Shown here: positions 1 through 9,993 of the stretch, one piece after another
Position numbering within the stretch: position 1 is the stretch's first letter
How the letters are laid out: the number at the start of each line of letters is the position of its first letter
Source of the DNA: Minisyncoccota bacterium
GTDB taxonomy: Bacteria; Patescibacteriota; Minisyncoccia; UBA6257; 2-01-FULL-56-20
NCBI GenBank assembly: GCA_041664245.1
Contig: JBAYLC010000005.1
Coordinates: 8,695 to 72,694, forward strand
Direction: 5' to 3'
DNA length: 64,000 nt
Notes under the pieces: generated by a model
What the model was told of the DNA's origin: nothing
What the model saw: only the letters and a program-made list of their open reading frames with translations
The model's database searches: none
Program-made: the position numbers and the translations under genes

Positions 1-192
1 GTTAAAACTGCCTACGCTATTTCCGCCGGCCGCGAACTGCGGGTTTTTGTTTTGCCGGAAAAAATCGACGACTTTAAAGCGCTAGAACTAGCCCGGGAAA
101 TTGCCAACCGGATCCAATCCGAGTTAAAATATCCCGGAGAGATTAAGGTTAATGTTATCCGAGAAATGCGCGCCGTCGAATACGCCAAATAA
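1..192 (+). CDS. rny: Ribonuclease Y, C-terminal part (5'-truncated by window)
   Basis: Frame 1 reads [17 protein letters not shown]...[26 protein letters not shown], the conserved RNase Y C-terminus. Confidence 0.95.
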   Translation, partial: VKTAYAISAGRELRVFVLPEKIDDFKALELAREIANRIQSELKYPGEIKVNVIREMRAVEYAK

Positions 193-202
193 AATATAAA
201 TC

Positions 203-1624
203 ATGTTCCAAAAAATTTCTAAATTTTTCTTGTACGCTTCGGTCTTTAGTATTGCCTTAGTCGCCACCTCAACTTTTTTTCCGTTTATAGGCGTTAAATA
301 TTATTTTTTTCGGGTAGTTATCGAACTCGCTTTGCTGTTTTATCTTCTCTACTGGGCTTTTGAAGCCAAAATCAACGAGGTAAAAAATCGGCTCCTAGAA
401 GTGTCTCGCCGACCGCTTTTCATTGCTGTTTCTATTTTCGTTCTCGCCTTTCTTCTGGCTTCAATTTTCGCCCTGAATTCTCACGCCGCTTTCTGGTCTA
501 ATTTTGAAAGAGGAGAAGGGGGATTTCAAATGATCCACTATTACCTTTTCTTTTTTCTCCTAATTATCCAACTCAAAGAATGGAAAGAATGGCGACTCTT
601 ATTTTGGTTGTCAGTAGGTGCCGCCTTCTTAATGGTTCTCTATGGATTCCTTGCTCAAGTAGGTGTTAATGGTTTAATCAGCCCATTGAGGGGAGATACT
701 AGCGGACTTAGCATCTCCGATAGAATTTTTAGTCCCCGTTTCCAGGGTTCCTTGGGCAATCCCGCCTATGTAGCGCCCTATTTACTCTTTACCTTATTTT
801 TTACATCTTATCTTTGGCTCGTAGATAGTAAAAAAACCAAATCCAGTCGTTTCTTAATTTACGGTGGGTTATCGCTTGTATTTCTGCTTTTTTTTATTTT
901 AAGCCAAACTCGCGGCGCGTTTCTTGGCTTAATCGGCGCTATTTTTGCTTTCTTTATCTGTTCTATTATCATCAGCTCCAAACGGCGAAAAATAAATTCC
1001 TACATTCTTCTTGGAATTATCTTAGTCGGCTCTATTTTTATTGTTTTTCGGCACAATCCTATTATTCAAAAACTTCCCGGAAGCCGATTATTGCAAATTG
1101 CTGACACGGGATATGAAACCGACTCTATACGAACTCGGCTTTGGACATGGGGATCCGCTTGGCGGGCATTTAAGGATCGTCCAATTTTTGGCTGGGGGCC
1201 GGAAAATTTCAGCGCCGCCTTCGATAAGCATTTTGATCCACGGCACTTTTCCCCTGAGAAAAATTCCGAAACTTGGTTTGACCGCGCTCATAGTATCGTT
1301 TTTGATTATTTATCAACCACTGGCCTGATCGGTTTTCTAGCGTATTTGTCTATATTTATAATTTTCTTCCGGAACCTTTTCCAAGGAAATAAATTTATTG
1401 AAAAAAATAATATTAACCCCCAGCAATTAGATGCAAATATGCCCCACTTCAAAAAAGCACCTTTATTGACAAGCTTAATGTTTGCAGTTATAATTGGCTA
1501 TCTCATTCAAGGCCTCGCCTTGTTCGATGTATTACCGATTTATCTTAATTTATTTATCGTTTTAGCTTTCGCTTCCTATATTTTTTCCTCAAATAAATTG
1601 AAAGCCAATGAACCCAACAACTAA
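203..1624 (+). CDS. O-antigen ligase / O-oligosaccharyltransferase family (Wzy_C) membrane protein
   Basis: Multi-TM protein with RFQGSLGNP, SQTRGAFLG, RPIFGWGPENF and DRAHS motifs. Confidence 0.85.
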   Translation: MFQKISKFFLYASVFSIALVATSTFFPFIGVKYYFFRVVIELALLFYLLYWAFEAKINEVKNRLLEVSRRPLFIAVSIFVLAFLLASIFALNSHAAFWSNFERGEGGFQMIHYYLFFFLLIIQLKEWKEWRLLFWLSVGAAFLMVLYGFLAQVGVNGLISPLRGDTSGLSISDRIFSPRFQGSLGNPAYVAPYLLFTLFFTSYLWLVDSKKTKSSRFLIYGGLSLVFLLFFILSQTRGAFLGLIGAIFAFFICSIIISSKRRKINSYILLGIILVGSIFIVFRHNPIIQKLPGSRLLQIADTGYETDSIRTRLWTWGSAWRAFKDRPIFGWGPENFSAAFDKHFDPRHFSPEKNSETWFDRAHSIVFDYLSTTGLIGFLAYLSIFIIFFRNLFQGNKFIEKNNINPQQLDANMPHFKKAPLLTSLMFAVIIGYLIQGLALFDVLPIYLNLFIVLAFASYIFSSNKLKANEPNN

Positions 1625-2237
1625 AAAAATAATAGCGATTAGTATTAGTTGCGTCGTTATCTGGATGGCTTATTATGGTTCCTACTTACCATTCCAGAAA
1701 TCTCGTAATTTCATCGAGACAATGCGGAATCTGGGTGGTAGTAGTTCTCTATCTGATTTTAAATCTAGAATATCTGGCGTTCTTGATAGGCCTTCTCCAA
1801 TTGGCCAGGAGGAGCTTGTTCGCCAAACTGCCAATTTAATCGCCGGATTCTTCAATCAGCCATCCGCCACTCCTGACGTTATCGCTGATTTGATGGGGTA
1901 CCTTGAGAGCTACTATAAACCAATGATAGATCAAGGGAGTGGAATGAGTTTTGGTCAAGATCTTTATCTTTTGGGCTCGCTCAATGAATTGGCTTTCGTG
2001 AAAACTAATCAAAAAGCCTACTTTGACAAAGCCAAAAGCTATTATTCTCTTGCCCTAGTCGACGGTCCCAAACGGCCCCAAGCGCTTTATGGCATGTTCG
2101 ATATCTATCGTTTAGAAAAAAATGTTGCCGAAGTGAAAACCGTTTCCGATCAAATTCTTAGTCAGTGGCCCAATGATAGTAAGGTCAAAAATGCTCTAGC
2201 TGATTTTTTGAAGCAAATTACCCTAAAGAAAAAATAA
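1608..2237 (+). CDS. Membrane-anchored TPR-like helical protein
   Basis: N-terminal TM segment; C-terminal TPR-like helices ([20 protein letters not shown]); overlaps the ligase stop by 17 bp. Confidence 0.55.
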   Translation: MNPTTKKIIAISISCVVIWMAYYGSYLPFQKSRNFIETMRNLGGSSSLSDFKSRISGVLDRPSPIGQEELVRQTANLIAGFFNQPSATPDVIADLMGYLESYYKPMIDQGSGMSFGQDLYLLGSLNELAFVKTNQKAYFDKAKSYYSLALVDGPKRPQALYGMFDIYRLEKNVAEVKTVSDQILSQWPNDSKVKNALADFLKQITLKKK

Positions 2238-2244
2238 AATTTTT

Positions 2245-3225
2245 ATGCTGAAGGCTCTAGTTACCGGTGTTACTGGACAAGACGGCTCGTATCTAGCCGA
2301 ATTATTGCTTAGTAAAGGTTACGAAGTCCACGGTGTTATCCGCCGCGCTTCAACCTTCAATACTGCCCGTATCGAGCATATCTATCAAGATCCCCACGAA
2401 GAAAAGCCCCATTTAATTCTTCATTACGGAGATCTTTCGGATGCCAACACGATCCGAAAGTTAATCTATAAAATTCAACCCGACGAAATTTATAATCTTG
2501 GCGCCCAATCCCACGTTCGTGTTTCTTTTGATATTCCTGAATACACTGCCAACATTACTGGTCTTGGCACACTCCGCATGCTTGAAGCTATTAAAGATTT
2601 CGAAGAACATATTGGGAAAAAGGTTAAATTTTACCAAGCTTCTAGCTCGGAAATGTTCGGTGCCACTCCACCGCCCCAAAATGAAGAAACTCCATTTTAT
2701 CCGCGAAGCCCATATGCAATTGCCAAAGTTTTTTCCTACAACACGGTAAGAAATTATCGGGAGGCATATGGCCTGTTTGCCACAAATGGAATTCTATTCA
2801 ATCACGAAAGTCCTCGGCGAGGCGAAACTTTTGTCACTAAAAAAATTACTCGCGGTTTAGCTAGTATAAAAAATGGATCAGCCAAAAAAATTTATCTTGG
2901 TAATCTAGAGGCGAAGCGCGATTGGGGTTACGCTCCTGAATATGTTGAGGCCATGTGGTTAATGATGCAACAGCCAAAACCAGATGACTATGTAATCGGC
3001 ACAGGCGAGAGTCATTCCGTTGAAGAATTTTTAAATGCCGCTTTTTCGTACTGCAACCTTAATTGGCGAGATTATGTAGAAATTGATCCTCGTTATTTTC
3101 GTCCCACAGAAGTTGATAATTTAATTGCCGATCCTAAAAAAGCCAAAGAAAAATTAGGTTGGGAAGCAAAGACTAAATTTAAAGATTTAGTCAAAATAAT
3201 GGTTGACGCTGATATAAAAATTTAA
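2245..3225 (+). CDS. gmd: GDP-mannose 4,6-dehydratase
   Basis: [50 protein letters not shown] motifs. Confidence 0.97.
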   Translation: MLKALVTGVTGQDGSYLAELLLSKGYEVHGVIRRASTFNTARIEHIYQDPHEEKPHLILHYGDLSDANTIRKLIYKIQPDEIYNLGAQSHVRVSFDIPEYTANITGLGTLRMLEAIKDFEEHIGKKVKFYQASSSEMFGATPPPQNEETPFYPRSPYAIAKVFSYNTVRNYREAYGLFATNGILFNHESPRRGETFVTKKITRGLASIKNGSAKKIYLGNLEAKRDWGYAPEYVEAMWLMMQQPKPDDYVIGTGESHSVEEFLNAAFSYCNLNWRDYVEIDPRYFRPTEVDNLIADPKKAKEKLGWEAKTKFKDLVKIMVDADIKI

Positions 3226-3250
3226 CCCTCTGTAATTCAAGATCTAATAG

Positions 3251-3712
3251 ATGAAGCCGTATTCAAGAAAAATACCAACCAGCCTTTTCGAAAAAATTCA
3301 CAAATCTGTTCCGATAGTAACTGTGGATTTAGTTGTAACGAGTGGAAAAAATTTTCTCTTAGTTTTTCGTAAAAATAATCCAGAAGCCCAAACTTGGTAT
3401 TTTCCTGGGGGAAGGTTATTTAAAAACGAGCATTTATTAGATTCAGCAAGGAGAAAATTACGGGAAGAAACTGGATTGTCGGGCAAAAATTATAGAATAC
3501 TAGGAATTCACGAGCACTTTTATAATCCAAAAAAGAGTTATTTCAAGGGTTTTGGATCTCACGCTCTAGCTGTTATATTTAGAGTAGAAGTTAGTAAAAA
3601 AGAAAATATAAAATTAGATTCCCAAAGTCTCGATTTCAGATGGTTTAATAGTGTCGATAAAAATTTTAATCCGTATATTAAAAAATTTTTAAAAATAGCT
3701 AATCTTGGATAG
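3251..3712 (+). CDS. gmm: Nudix hydrolase, GDP-mannose mannosyl hydrolase-like
   Basis: Nudix box PGGRLFKNE...ARRKLREETGL, PIVTVDL and HEHFY motifs; lies between gmd and fcl. Confidence 0.75.
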   Translation: MKPYSRKIPTSLFEKIHKSVPIVTVDLVVTSGKNFLLVFRKNNPEAQTWYFPGGRLFKNEHLLDSARRKLREETGLSGKNYRILGIHEHFYNPKKSYFKGFGSHALAVIFRVEVSKKENIKLDSQSLDFRWFNSVDKNFNPYIKKFLKIANLG

Positions 3713-3743
3713 TCGAAATAAGGATTTTATTTTTAGTGATCTA

Positions 3744-4691
3744 ATGGATAAAAATTCTAAAATTTACATAGCCGGGCACCGAGGCCTTGTTGGGTCGGCT
3801 ATTTTAAGGAAGCTTCAGGCCGGCAACTATTCAAACCTGGTCACTCGCGAACATCAAGAACTTGATCTGCTTGACGCAAGAATGACAGCAGATTTTTTTA
3901 AAAAAGAAAAACCAGAATACGTAATCGATGCTGCAGCAAAAGTAGGTGGTATTCACGCAAATAACACCTATCCCGCTGAATTTATTTACAACAACCTCTG
4001 TATCCAAAACAATATTATTCACAGCTCATATCTGGCGAATGTTAAACGTTTGCTTTTCATGGGGAGTGCCTGCATCTATCCGAAAATTTGTCCGCAACCA
4101 ATCAAAGAAGAATACCTATTGACTGGAGCGCTTGAACCGACAAATGAACCTTATGCAATTGCAAAAATCGCGGGGTATGAAATGTGTGATGCATATAATC
4201 GCCAATATGGGACCGATTATTTTTCGGTAATGCCCACCAATCTCTATGGTCCCAACGATCACTTTAACCTTGAGAACTCACACGTGATCCCAGCACTTAT
4301 GCGTAAATTCTATGAGGCAAAAACGAAAGGGAAAAATGAAGTGGTTCTTTGGGGGACTGGAAGTCCTACGCGTGACTTTATGCACTCCGACGATCTCGCC
4401 GATGCCTGTATCTTTCTCATGAATCAGCCATCGCTCTCTCATAGCCTCATTAACATCGGAACCGGCAAGGATATTTCGATTAGGGATCTTGCCGAAACCG
4501 TAAGTAAGGTGAGCGGATTTGAGGGAAAACTCACCTGGGATACCTCAAAGCCAGATGGAACGCCGCGAAGACGCGTTGACACCGAGCGGCTGAACGCTAT
4601 GGGATGGCATCACACCGTAATACTCGAAGACGGACTTAGTTCGACTTATCAGTGGTTTCTTGATAATGTCGCCAATAAAATCAAGGTATAA
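3744..4691 (+). CDS. fcl: GDP-L-fucose synthase (epimerase/reductase)
   Basis: AGHRGLVGSA, AAAKVGGIHAN, GSACIYP, YAIAK, PTNLYGP, SHVIPAL; ATG 3744 preferred over TTG 3705. Confidence 0.95.
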   Translation: MDKNSKIYIAGHRGLVGSAILRKLQAGNYSNLVTREHQELDLLDARMTADFFKKEKPEYVIDAAAKVGGIHANNTYPAEFIYNNLCIQNNIIHSSYLANVKRLLFMGSACIYPKICPQPIKEEYLLTGALEPTNEPYAIAKIAGYEMCDAYNRQYGTDYFSVMPTNLYGPNDHFNLENSHVIPALMRKFYEAKTKGKNEVVLWGTGSPTRDFMHSDDLADACIFLMNQPSLSHSLINIGTGKDISIRDLAETVSKVSGFEGKLTWDTSKPDGTPRRRVDTERLNAMGWHHTVILEDGLSSTYQWFLDNVANKIKV

Positions 4692-4737
4692 CGATAAAAA
4701 TCCTTGGGCGAGATAATAAAAAAGCAATAAAAATTTT

Positions 4738-5823
4738 ATGAATATTTCTGTAAAAGGAAAAAAAGTCGTAGTGTTTGATACTTTGGGGCCGCATTCCAAG
4801 CAGAATTTATGTTTTGATCCGAGCGTAGCAAAAGAGAAATGGTATCATCACTGTGCTTCTTATTTCTATGAAGAGTGCCAAAAAAAAGGTATTCAACTTA
4901 TTACCACCGATATTTATTTTGCCTTGTCAGAAAAACCAAAGGCTATCTGTATGCGAGAACGCATTGATGTGGACATGAGTACGTCACTCGCCCTACAAAA
5001 ATCCGGGGTGCGGCTTGCGGTTATTAGAAATTCTGAAAATCCGTTATATGCCTGCCGTTTTTTTTGGAACCTCGAAAGGCTTACGAGCTATTTTGATCAT
5101 TCAGTCGTGGTAAAAGGTGTAAAAGATTGGGTATCGCCTAAAAGCCATTTCCATCCGTGGTTTATCCCTCACGCATATTACAGCCAAATTCATGAAGTGC
5201 AATCAGACTTCCGCAAAAAAAAGTTTCTCGTTCTCATTCAACGGAATGCGAGGATACATTGGTTGCGCCGTTTATATGTGTCCGGGTTGAATTTTATAAA
5301 ACCTCTGCCAAATTTCGTAAACCAGGAAGGGTATCTTAATCGGCTAGAAGCCATAAAATATTTCTCTCAATATCCTGATTTTGATTTATATGGAATGTGG
5401 TGGGATAAACCAGTTCGCTATACACGCAAATATGACGAATCTATTCGAAAATCATATCGTGGGGCTGTTGAAGATAAATTCGCATTATTGAAGCAGTACA
5501 AGTTTTCTCTTATATTTGATAATGCTTATTTAGGGGGGATGGTACATGAGAAAATGACTGATTGTCTTTATGCCGGTTCCGTCCCGATTTATTGGGGGGC
5601 GCCAGACATTGCCGATATTTTCCCAGCTAATTGTTTTATTGATTTCAGGAAATTCGGTTGTGATTTTGCCCGCCTTAATGAATATCTACGCGCTATGGAC
5701 GAAAACACCTATAACGACTACATTAAAAATATCAATAAATTTATATCCTCGCCTGCAGCCTACAATCTAAGTCAAGAAAAATACACGGGCGATATGATAA
5801 AAATTTTTGAATCGTATTTTTAA
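4738..5823 (+). CDS. GT10-family (fucosyltransferase-like) glycosyltransferase
   Basis: GT10 motif KQYKFSLIFDN...HEKMTDCLYAGSVPIYWGAPDI. Confidence 0.8.
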   Translation: MNISVKGKKVVVFDTLGPHSKQNLCFDPSVAKEKWYHHCASYFYEECQKKGIQLITTDIYFALSEKPKAICMRERIDVDMSTSLALQKSGVRLAVIRNSENPLYACRFFWNLERLTSYFDHSVVVKGVKDWVSPKSHFHPWFIPHAYYSQIHEVQSDFRKKKFLVLIQRNARIHWLRRLYVSGLNFIKPLPNFVNQEGYLNRLEAIKYFSQYPDFDLYGMWWDKPVRYTRKYDESIRKSYRGAVEDKFALLKQYKFSLIFDNAYLGGMVHEKMTDCLYAGSVPIYWGAPDIADIFPANCFIDFRKFGCDFARLNEYLRAMDENTYNDYIKNINKFISSPAAYNLSQEKYTGDMIKIFESYF

Positions 5824-5829
5824 AGACAT

Positions 5830-6774
5830 ATGTCATCTAAAAAAATTCTTATAACCGGCGGGGCGGGCTATATTGGATCGATATTGGTTCCGGAGTTATT
5901 ACGAGCGGGGCACGAGGTAACCGTTATTGATAATTTTACCTATAACCAGTCCTCGCTTTTGGATGTTTGTAATTTTCAAACCCTTACCCTGATTCGCGGT
6001 GACGCTCGTGATGAAAAAATAATCTCCCAGCACATTAAAGAAAAGGATTTTATTATTCCGCTTGCTTGCGTTGTTGGTGCTCCTGCTTGTAATAGAGACC
6101 CAGTTGCCGCTCGCACCATTAATCTTGAAGCAGTAGAACTTATTCTAAAACTTCGCGAAAAATGTCAAAAAATTATTTTTCCCAATACCAATAGCGGCTA
6201 TGGTCGGATGGCCGAAGGTGTCGCATTTTGTGATGAAACAAGTACTCTCGATCCAATCTCGCTTTACGGCAAACTAAAAGTGCAAGCGGAAAAAGAACTG
6301 CTCGAAGCGGGAAACGCGATCACTTTACGACTCGCTACCGTCTTCGGGATTAGTCCTCGTATGCGCCTCGATCTTCTTGTGAATGATTTTGTTTATCGCG
6401 CCGTTAATGATGGGGCCGTTGTATTATTCGAGCCTCATTTCAAACGTAATTATATTCACATCAGAGATGTGGCGGGTGCCTTTATGCATGCGATGGAAAA
6501 TTTTGAAAAAATGAAAAACGAACCCTATAATGTCGGTCTTTCAGACGCTAACTTAAGTAAGATTGAACTTTGTGAGGAAATAAAAAAGCAAATTCCCAAC
6601 TTTGTTTTCATAGAATCAAAAATAGGAGAAGATCCTGATAAACGGAATTATATTGTAAGTAATACTAAAATTGAAAATATGGGTTTCAAGCCCCGAATAT
6701 CGCTTACCGAGGGAATTTCTGAGCTGATCAAGGGTTATCAAATTATTAAAAGAAATAACTTCTCTAATCTCTAG
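5830..6774 (+). CDS. NAD-dependent NDP-sugar epimerase/dehydratase
   Basis: TGGAGYIGS Rossmann motif, YGKLK catalytic motif, RLATVFG. Confidence 0.85.
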   Translation: MSSKKILITGGAGYIGSILVPELLRAGHEVTVIDNFTYNQSSLLDVCNFQTLTLIRGDARDEKIISQHIKEKDFIIPLACVVGAPACNRDPVAARTINLEAVELILKLREKCQKIIFPNTNSGYGRMAEGVAFCDETSTLDPISLYGKLKVQAEKELLEAGNAITLRLATVFGISPRMRLDLLVNDFVYRAVNDGAVVLFEPHFKRNYIHIRDVAGAFMHAMENFEKMKNEPYNVGLSDANLSKIELCEEIKKQIPNFVFIESKIGEDPDKRNYIVSNTKIENMGFKPRISLTEGISELIKGYQIIKRNNFSNL

Positions 6775-6786
6775 TTTCTATTTTCC

Positions 6787-6873
6787 TTGACAACAATAGC
6801 TCGGAGAATTATATTGCTCCTAGGTCTTTGATACCTTAAATTCGTCAATTCAAATAGTATCTCATAGAAGGAG
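6787..6873 (+). promoter_or_regulatory. Sigma70 promoter, boxA-like motif and strong RBS of the radical SAM gene
   Basis: TTGACA(6787)-17 bp-TATATT(6810); GGTCTTTGATA ~6823; AGAAGGAG ~6866. Confidence 0.65.
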
Positions 6874-6880
6874 TTGTAGA

Positions 6881-8392
6881 ATGAGTCGTTTAGACGCAGT
6901 TTTTGTTATCCCTGGCAACCTCACTCAGGTTTACCAAGTTTTTGCTAAAGAACACGCCATCGAACCGCCTATTTTCGCCCTCTGGATAGCGTCTCATCTA
7001 GAGAGCAAAGGGTATAGTTTCGAATTTATTGATGCCGTGCCGTCCAATCTTTTTCCAGAAGAAGTTGCTGCTGAAGTCGTTCATCTCAACCCAAGACTTG
7101 TTATTGTACCTGTCTATGGTTCTCAACCTTCTGCTTCAACTCAAAACATGCCAGCCGCGCGAAGAACGTGCCAAGCAATAAAAGATCTCAAGCCAGATCA
7201 AAAAATCCTCGTCACTGGCACCCATCCCGCGGCATTACCAGAGCGAACTCTTAGGGAAGAACCAGTGGATTTTGTTTGCGACGGTGAAGGTCCCACAACT
7301 CTTATCGAAATTCTCGAGGTCTTGAGAAATGGGGATGATGTTTCCAATGTGGGAAGTCTTTGGTACTGGGAAAGTGGGAAACCCAAATACACTCATCCGG
7401 CGCGGAATGTTACCGAACTTGAGTTTGATCCGGACATCTGGCGATTTCTTCCGATGAGTCGCTACATTGCCCACGATTGGCATACTGGTTATCGAGATTT
7501 TGCGTCTCGCAAGCCCTACGCTTCTATCCTAACTACGCTTGGTTGTCCTTTCCGATGTTCATTCTGCTGCATTCAAACTCCGTTTAGAGCGGGTGAGGCA
7601 GCTATAGGGCGTAATCCAAAATCGAACTCTTACCGTTTCTGGTCGCCGCAGGTCATCATCAAAACCATAGAAGTGCTCGTTAGAAAGTATGGTATGGAGC
7701 ATATCAAGATTCACGATGAGTTATTCGTCTTGAATCAAAGGCATGTGAGTGCCATTTGCGCTTTAATCAAAGAACGCTTCAACGATGATTTGAATATTTG
7801 GGCTTACTCTCGTGCCGACACAGCCCAGCCTAAGTCTTTAGACATCCTAAGGGCGGCCGGGATTCGTTGGCTAGCTGTTGGTATTGAGCGCGACGGTAAA
7901 AACAAATCTTTTTCTGGCGAGGATATACTCCGAGTTAGAGAAATGATTAAGGATGCTGGTATTAAATTAGCGGCGAACTACATTTTTGGACTGCCCGGTG
8001 ATACCAAGGATAGCATGCAGGCTACACTAGATATGGCTCTGGCAATAAATTCGCCATTCGCTAATTTCTATTGTGCTATGGCTTACCCCGGTTCCGAACT
8101 CTATGAGGAAGCCGTAAGAAGAAATTTACCATTGCCAGATAGTCCTGGTGGTCCCGGTTGGATTGGTTACTCTCAGCACGCCTACGAAGCCACGCCTCTT
8201 CCGACCGATTCTCTTTCCGCCGCAGACATTCTTCGTTTTAGGGATGAAGCCTGGAGGAGATACTACACCAACCCAAAGTTTCTTTCCATGCTTCAGGATT
8301 GGTATGGTGAAAACGGCGAAGAAGCAGAGAGAAACATAAAAAAAATGACCTCTCTATCTCCCCTCCGCCGAGCGCTTTTCGAAAAAACATGA
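6881..8392 (+). CDS. Cobalamin-binding radical SAM protein (class B methyltransferase-like)
   Basis: N-terminal B12-binding domain (VTGTHPAALP, VDFVCDGEG), CPFRCSFC cluster motif, IFGLPGDT, YPGSELY. Confidence 0.88.
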   Translation: MSRLDAVFVIPGNLTQVYQVFAKEHAIEPPIFALWIASHLESKGYSFEFIDAVPSNLFPEEVAAEVVHLNPRLVIVPVYGSQPSASTQNMPAARRTCQAIKDLKPDQKILVTGTHPAALPERTLREEPVDFVCDGEGPTTLIEILEVLRNGDDVSNVGSLWYWESGKPKYTHPARNVTELEFDPDIWRFLPMSRYIAHDWHTGYRDFASRKPYASILTTLGCPFRCSFCCIQTPFRAGEAAIGRNPKSNSYRFWSPQVIIKTIEVLVRKYGMEHIKIHDELFVLNQRHVSAICALIKERFNDDLNIWAYSRADTAQPKSLDILRAAGIRWLAVGIERDGKNKSFSGEDILRVREMIKDAGIKLAANYIFGLPGDTKDSMQATLDMALAINSPFANFYCAMAYPGSELYEEAVRRNLPLPDSPGGPGWIGYSQHAYEATPLPTDSLSAADILRFRDEAWRRYYTNPKFLSMLQDWYGENGEEAERNIKKMTSLSPLRRALFEKT

Positions 8393-8415
8393 TTGACGAC
8401 AGTTTAAGTTATTCT

Positions 8416-8934
8416 CTAACGAGGGCTTTTTTCGGAGTCCTCGTTTTTTATTTTATGAATTATTTTTGTAGTTGATATTTTTTCAAATTCAGGCGGGCAG
8501 TACCTATCAAGGATAACAAGTTCGACCCCTGTCTTTTGAGCTATTATTTTTCGATAAGGAATATCTCCTGCGTCCTCGTTGATCACGTAAATATCAGGCT
8601 TGAGTTTGTTCAAGGCCACTTCTATAGACCAAAGGACATGATTATCTCCCGGTATTATCTCATCCATAAAACAATAATCTACTGGCCTTAAGGAATCCAC
8701 CATCTTTAAACGAACATGCTGATTTAAAATAGGGCGGTGGTTACCTTTATTACTTCTAATTGCAGCATCACACCCCACCATAACCACTAGTATGTCTCCG
8801 CGCATTTTGCAATCTTCAAAAAAAAGCACATGCCCGGCATGAGTGACATCAAAACTACCAGAGCAAAAAACAATTTTTTGATCCCGGTGTCTGTTTCTTA
8901 TAATCGCTACATCTTCTAATTTCGTGACCGCCAT
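8416..8934 (-). CDS. Cytidylyltransferase-family nucleotidyltransferase (RfaE/TagD-like)
   Basis: GSFDVTHAGH (HxGH), NKGNHRP, ISTTKII; ATG 8934. Confidence 0.85.
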   Translation of the reverse strand: MAVTKLEDVAIIRNRHRDQKIVFCSGSFDVTHAGHVLFFEDCKMRGDILVVMVGCDAAIRSNKGNHRPILNQHVRLKMVDSLRPVDYCFMDEIIPGDNHVLWSIEVALNKLKPDIYVINEDAGDIPYRKIIAQKTGVELVILDRYCPPEFEKISTTKIIHKIKNEDSEKSPR

Positions 8935-9010
8935 TAGTGAAAGAATATAACACAAATCAATCCATTTACAATACAGAGTGATTCAGTCGTTGTCCTCATC
9001 ACGCTCCTTT

Positions 9011-9092
9011 TTTGCCCAACGAATATCTTCGCACTATGGACGAGAACATCCGCAACGGGTATATTCGAGATATTGAGTTCATAATTTCCCCA
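9011..9092 (+). pseudogene. Remnant of a GT10 paralog C-terminus
   Basis: 9018-9092 translates NEYLRTMDENIRNGYIRDIEFIISP, similar to NEYLRAMDENTYNDYIKNINKFISSP of the GT10 gene at ~5677-5754. Confidence 0.65.
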
Positions 9093-9189
9093 ATAGTATA
9101 TGCAATAAACTAGAATAGATAGGTGGGTGATATAATAATTATTTTGAATTATAAAAATTAAAGAAAATAATCTAAACAAGCTTAAAAGC

Positions 9190-9993
9190 ATGAATAAAGA
9201 ACTTAGAAATAGAGTGGCGTTAATCACGGGCTCAAGTCGCGGTATCGGCAAGGAGATCGCCGTAACACTCGCGAAAGCCGGTGCCGATGTTGTAATCTGC
9301 GGGTCAAGTAAGGTAAACGTAGAAAAAGCAGAAAAAGAACTAGGGTCGTCTGGGACAAAAACATACTCTTACGTACTTGATGCCACAAAAAGCGCGGAGG
9401 TCAAAAATCTGTTTTCAAATATAATTCAGAAAATCGGCCAGCTAGACATTCTCGTGAATAACGTCGGCGGTATAAAGGAGTCGGTAAAGTTTTTGGATGT
9501 TACGGATGAGCAGTGGCAAGCAGCATGGAATTTAAATTTCATGACGATGGTTAATTTCTCACGCGAGGCGATTCCCTGGCTAAAAAAATCCCTTTATGGA
9601 AGAATTATTAATATCTCAAGTGTTCCAGGGAAACAGCCGGGAATGTTTAATCCTCATTATGGCGCCCCGAAGGCTGCCATGAATTATCTAAATAAATACC
9701 TCGCCAACTCTCTTGCACCCGACGGAATTCTTGTTAATGCAATTTTGCCACACACAGTCTTGGGTGGATTATGGGACGAGCATGTGGCAGATAGAGCTAA
9801 AAAACTAAATGTTTCCGCCGAAGAGGCAGGAGAAATTATGAAAAAAGAGATTAAAGAAAGAATTCCATTAGGGAAAATGGCAATGCTGGAAGATGTTGCC
9901 GAATTGGTTGCTTTTTTAGCGTCCGACAAAGCAAAATTCATTACCGGCACAAGTATTGCCGTTGATGGCGGAACTATTAAATCAATTTTCTAA
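9190..9993 (+). CDS. Short-chain dehydrogenase/reductase (paralog A)
   Basis: TGSSRGIG, NNVGG, YGAPK, VDGG. Confidence 0.9.
   Translation: MNKELRNRVALITGSSRGIGKEIAVTLAKAGADVVICGSSKVNVEKAEKELGSSGTKTYSYVLDATKSAEVKNLFSNIIQKIGQLDILVNNVGGIKESVKFLDVTDEQWQAAWNLNFMTMVNFSREAIPWLKKSLYGRIINISSVPGKQPGMFNPHYGAPKAAMNYLNKYLANSLAPDGILVNAILPHTVLGGLWDEHVADRAKKLNVSAEEAGEIMKKEIKERIPLGKMAMLEDVAELVAFLASDKAKFITGTSIAVDGGTIKSIF

Noticed and set aside
8934-9251. 105-aa minus-strand ORF
   Set aside because: It overlaps the SDR start and the GT10 remnant in antisense; no motifs.
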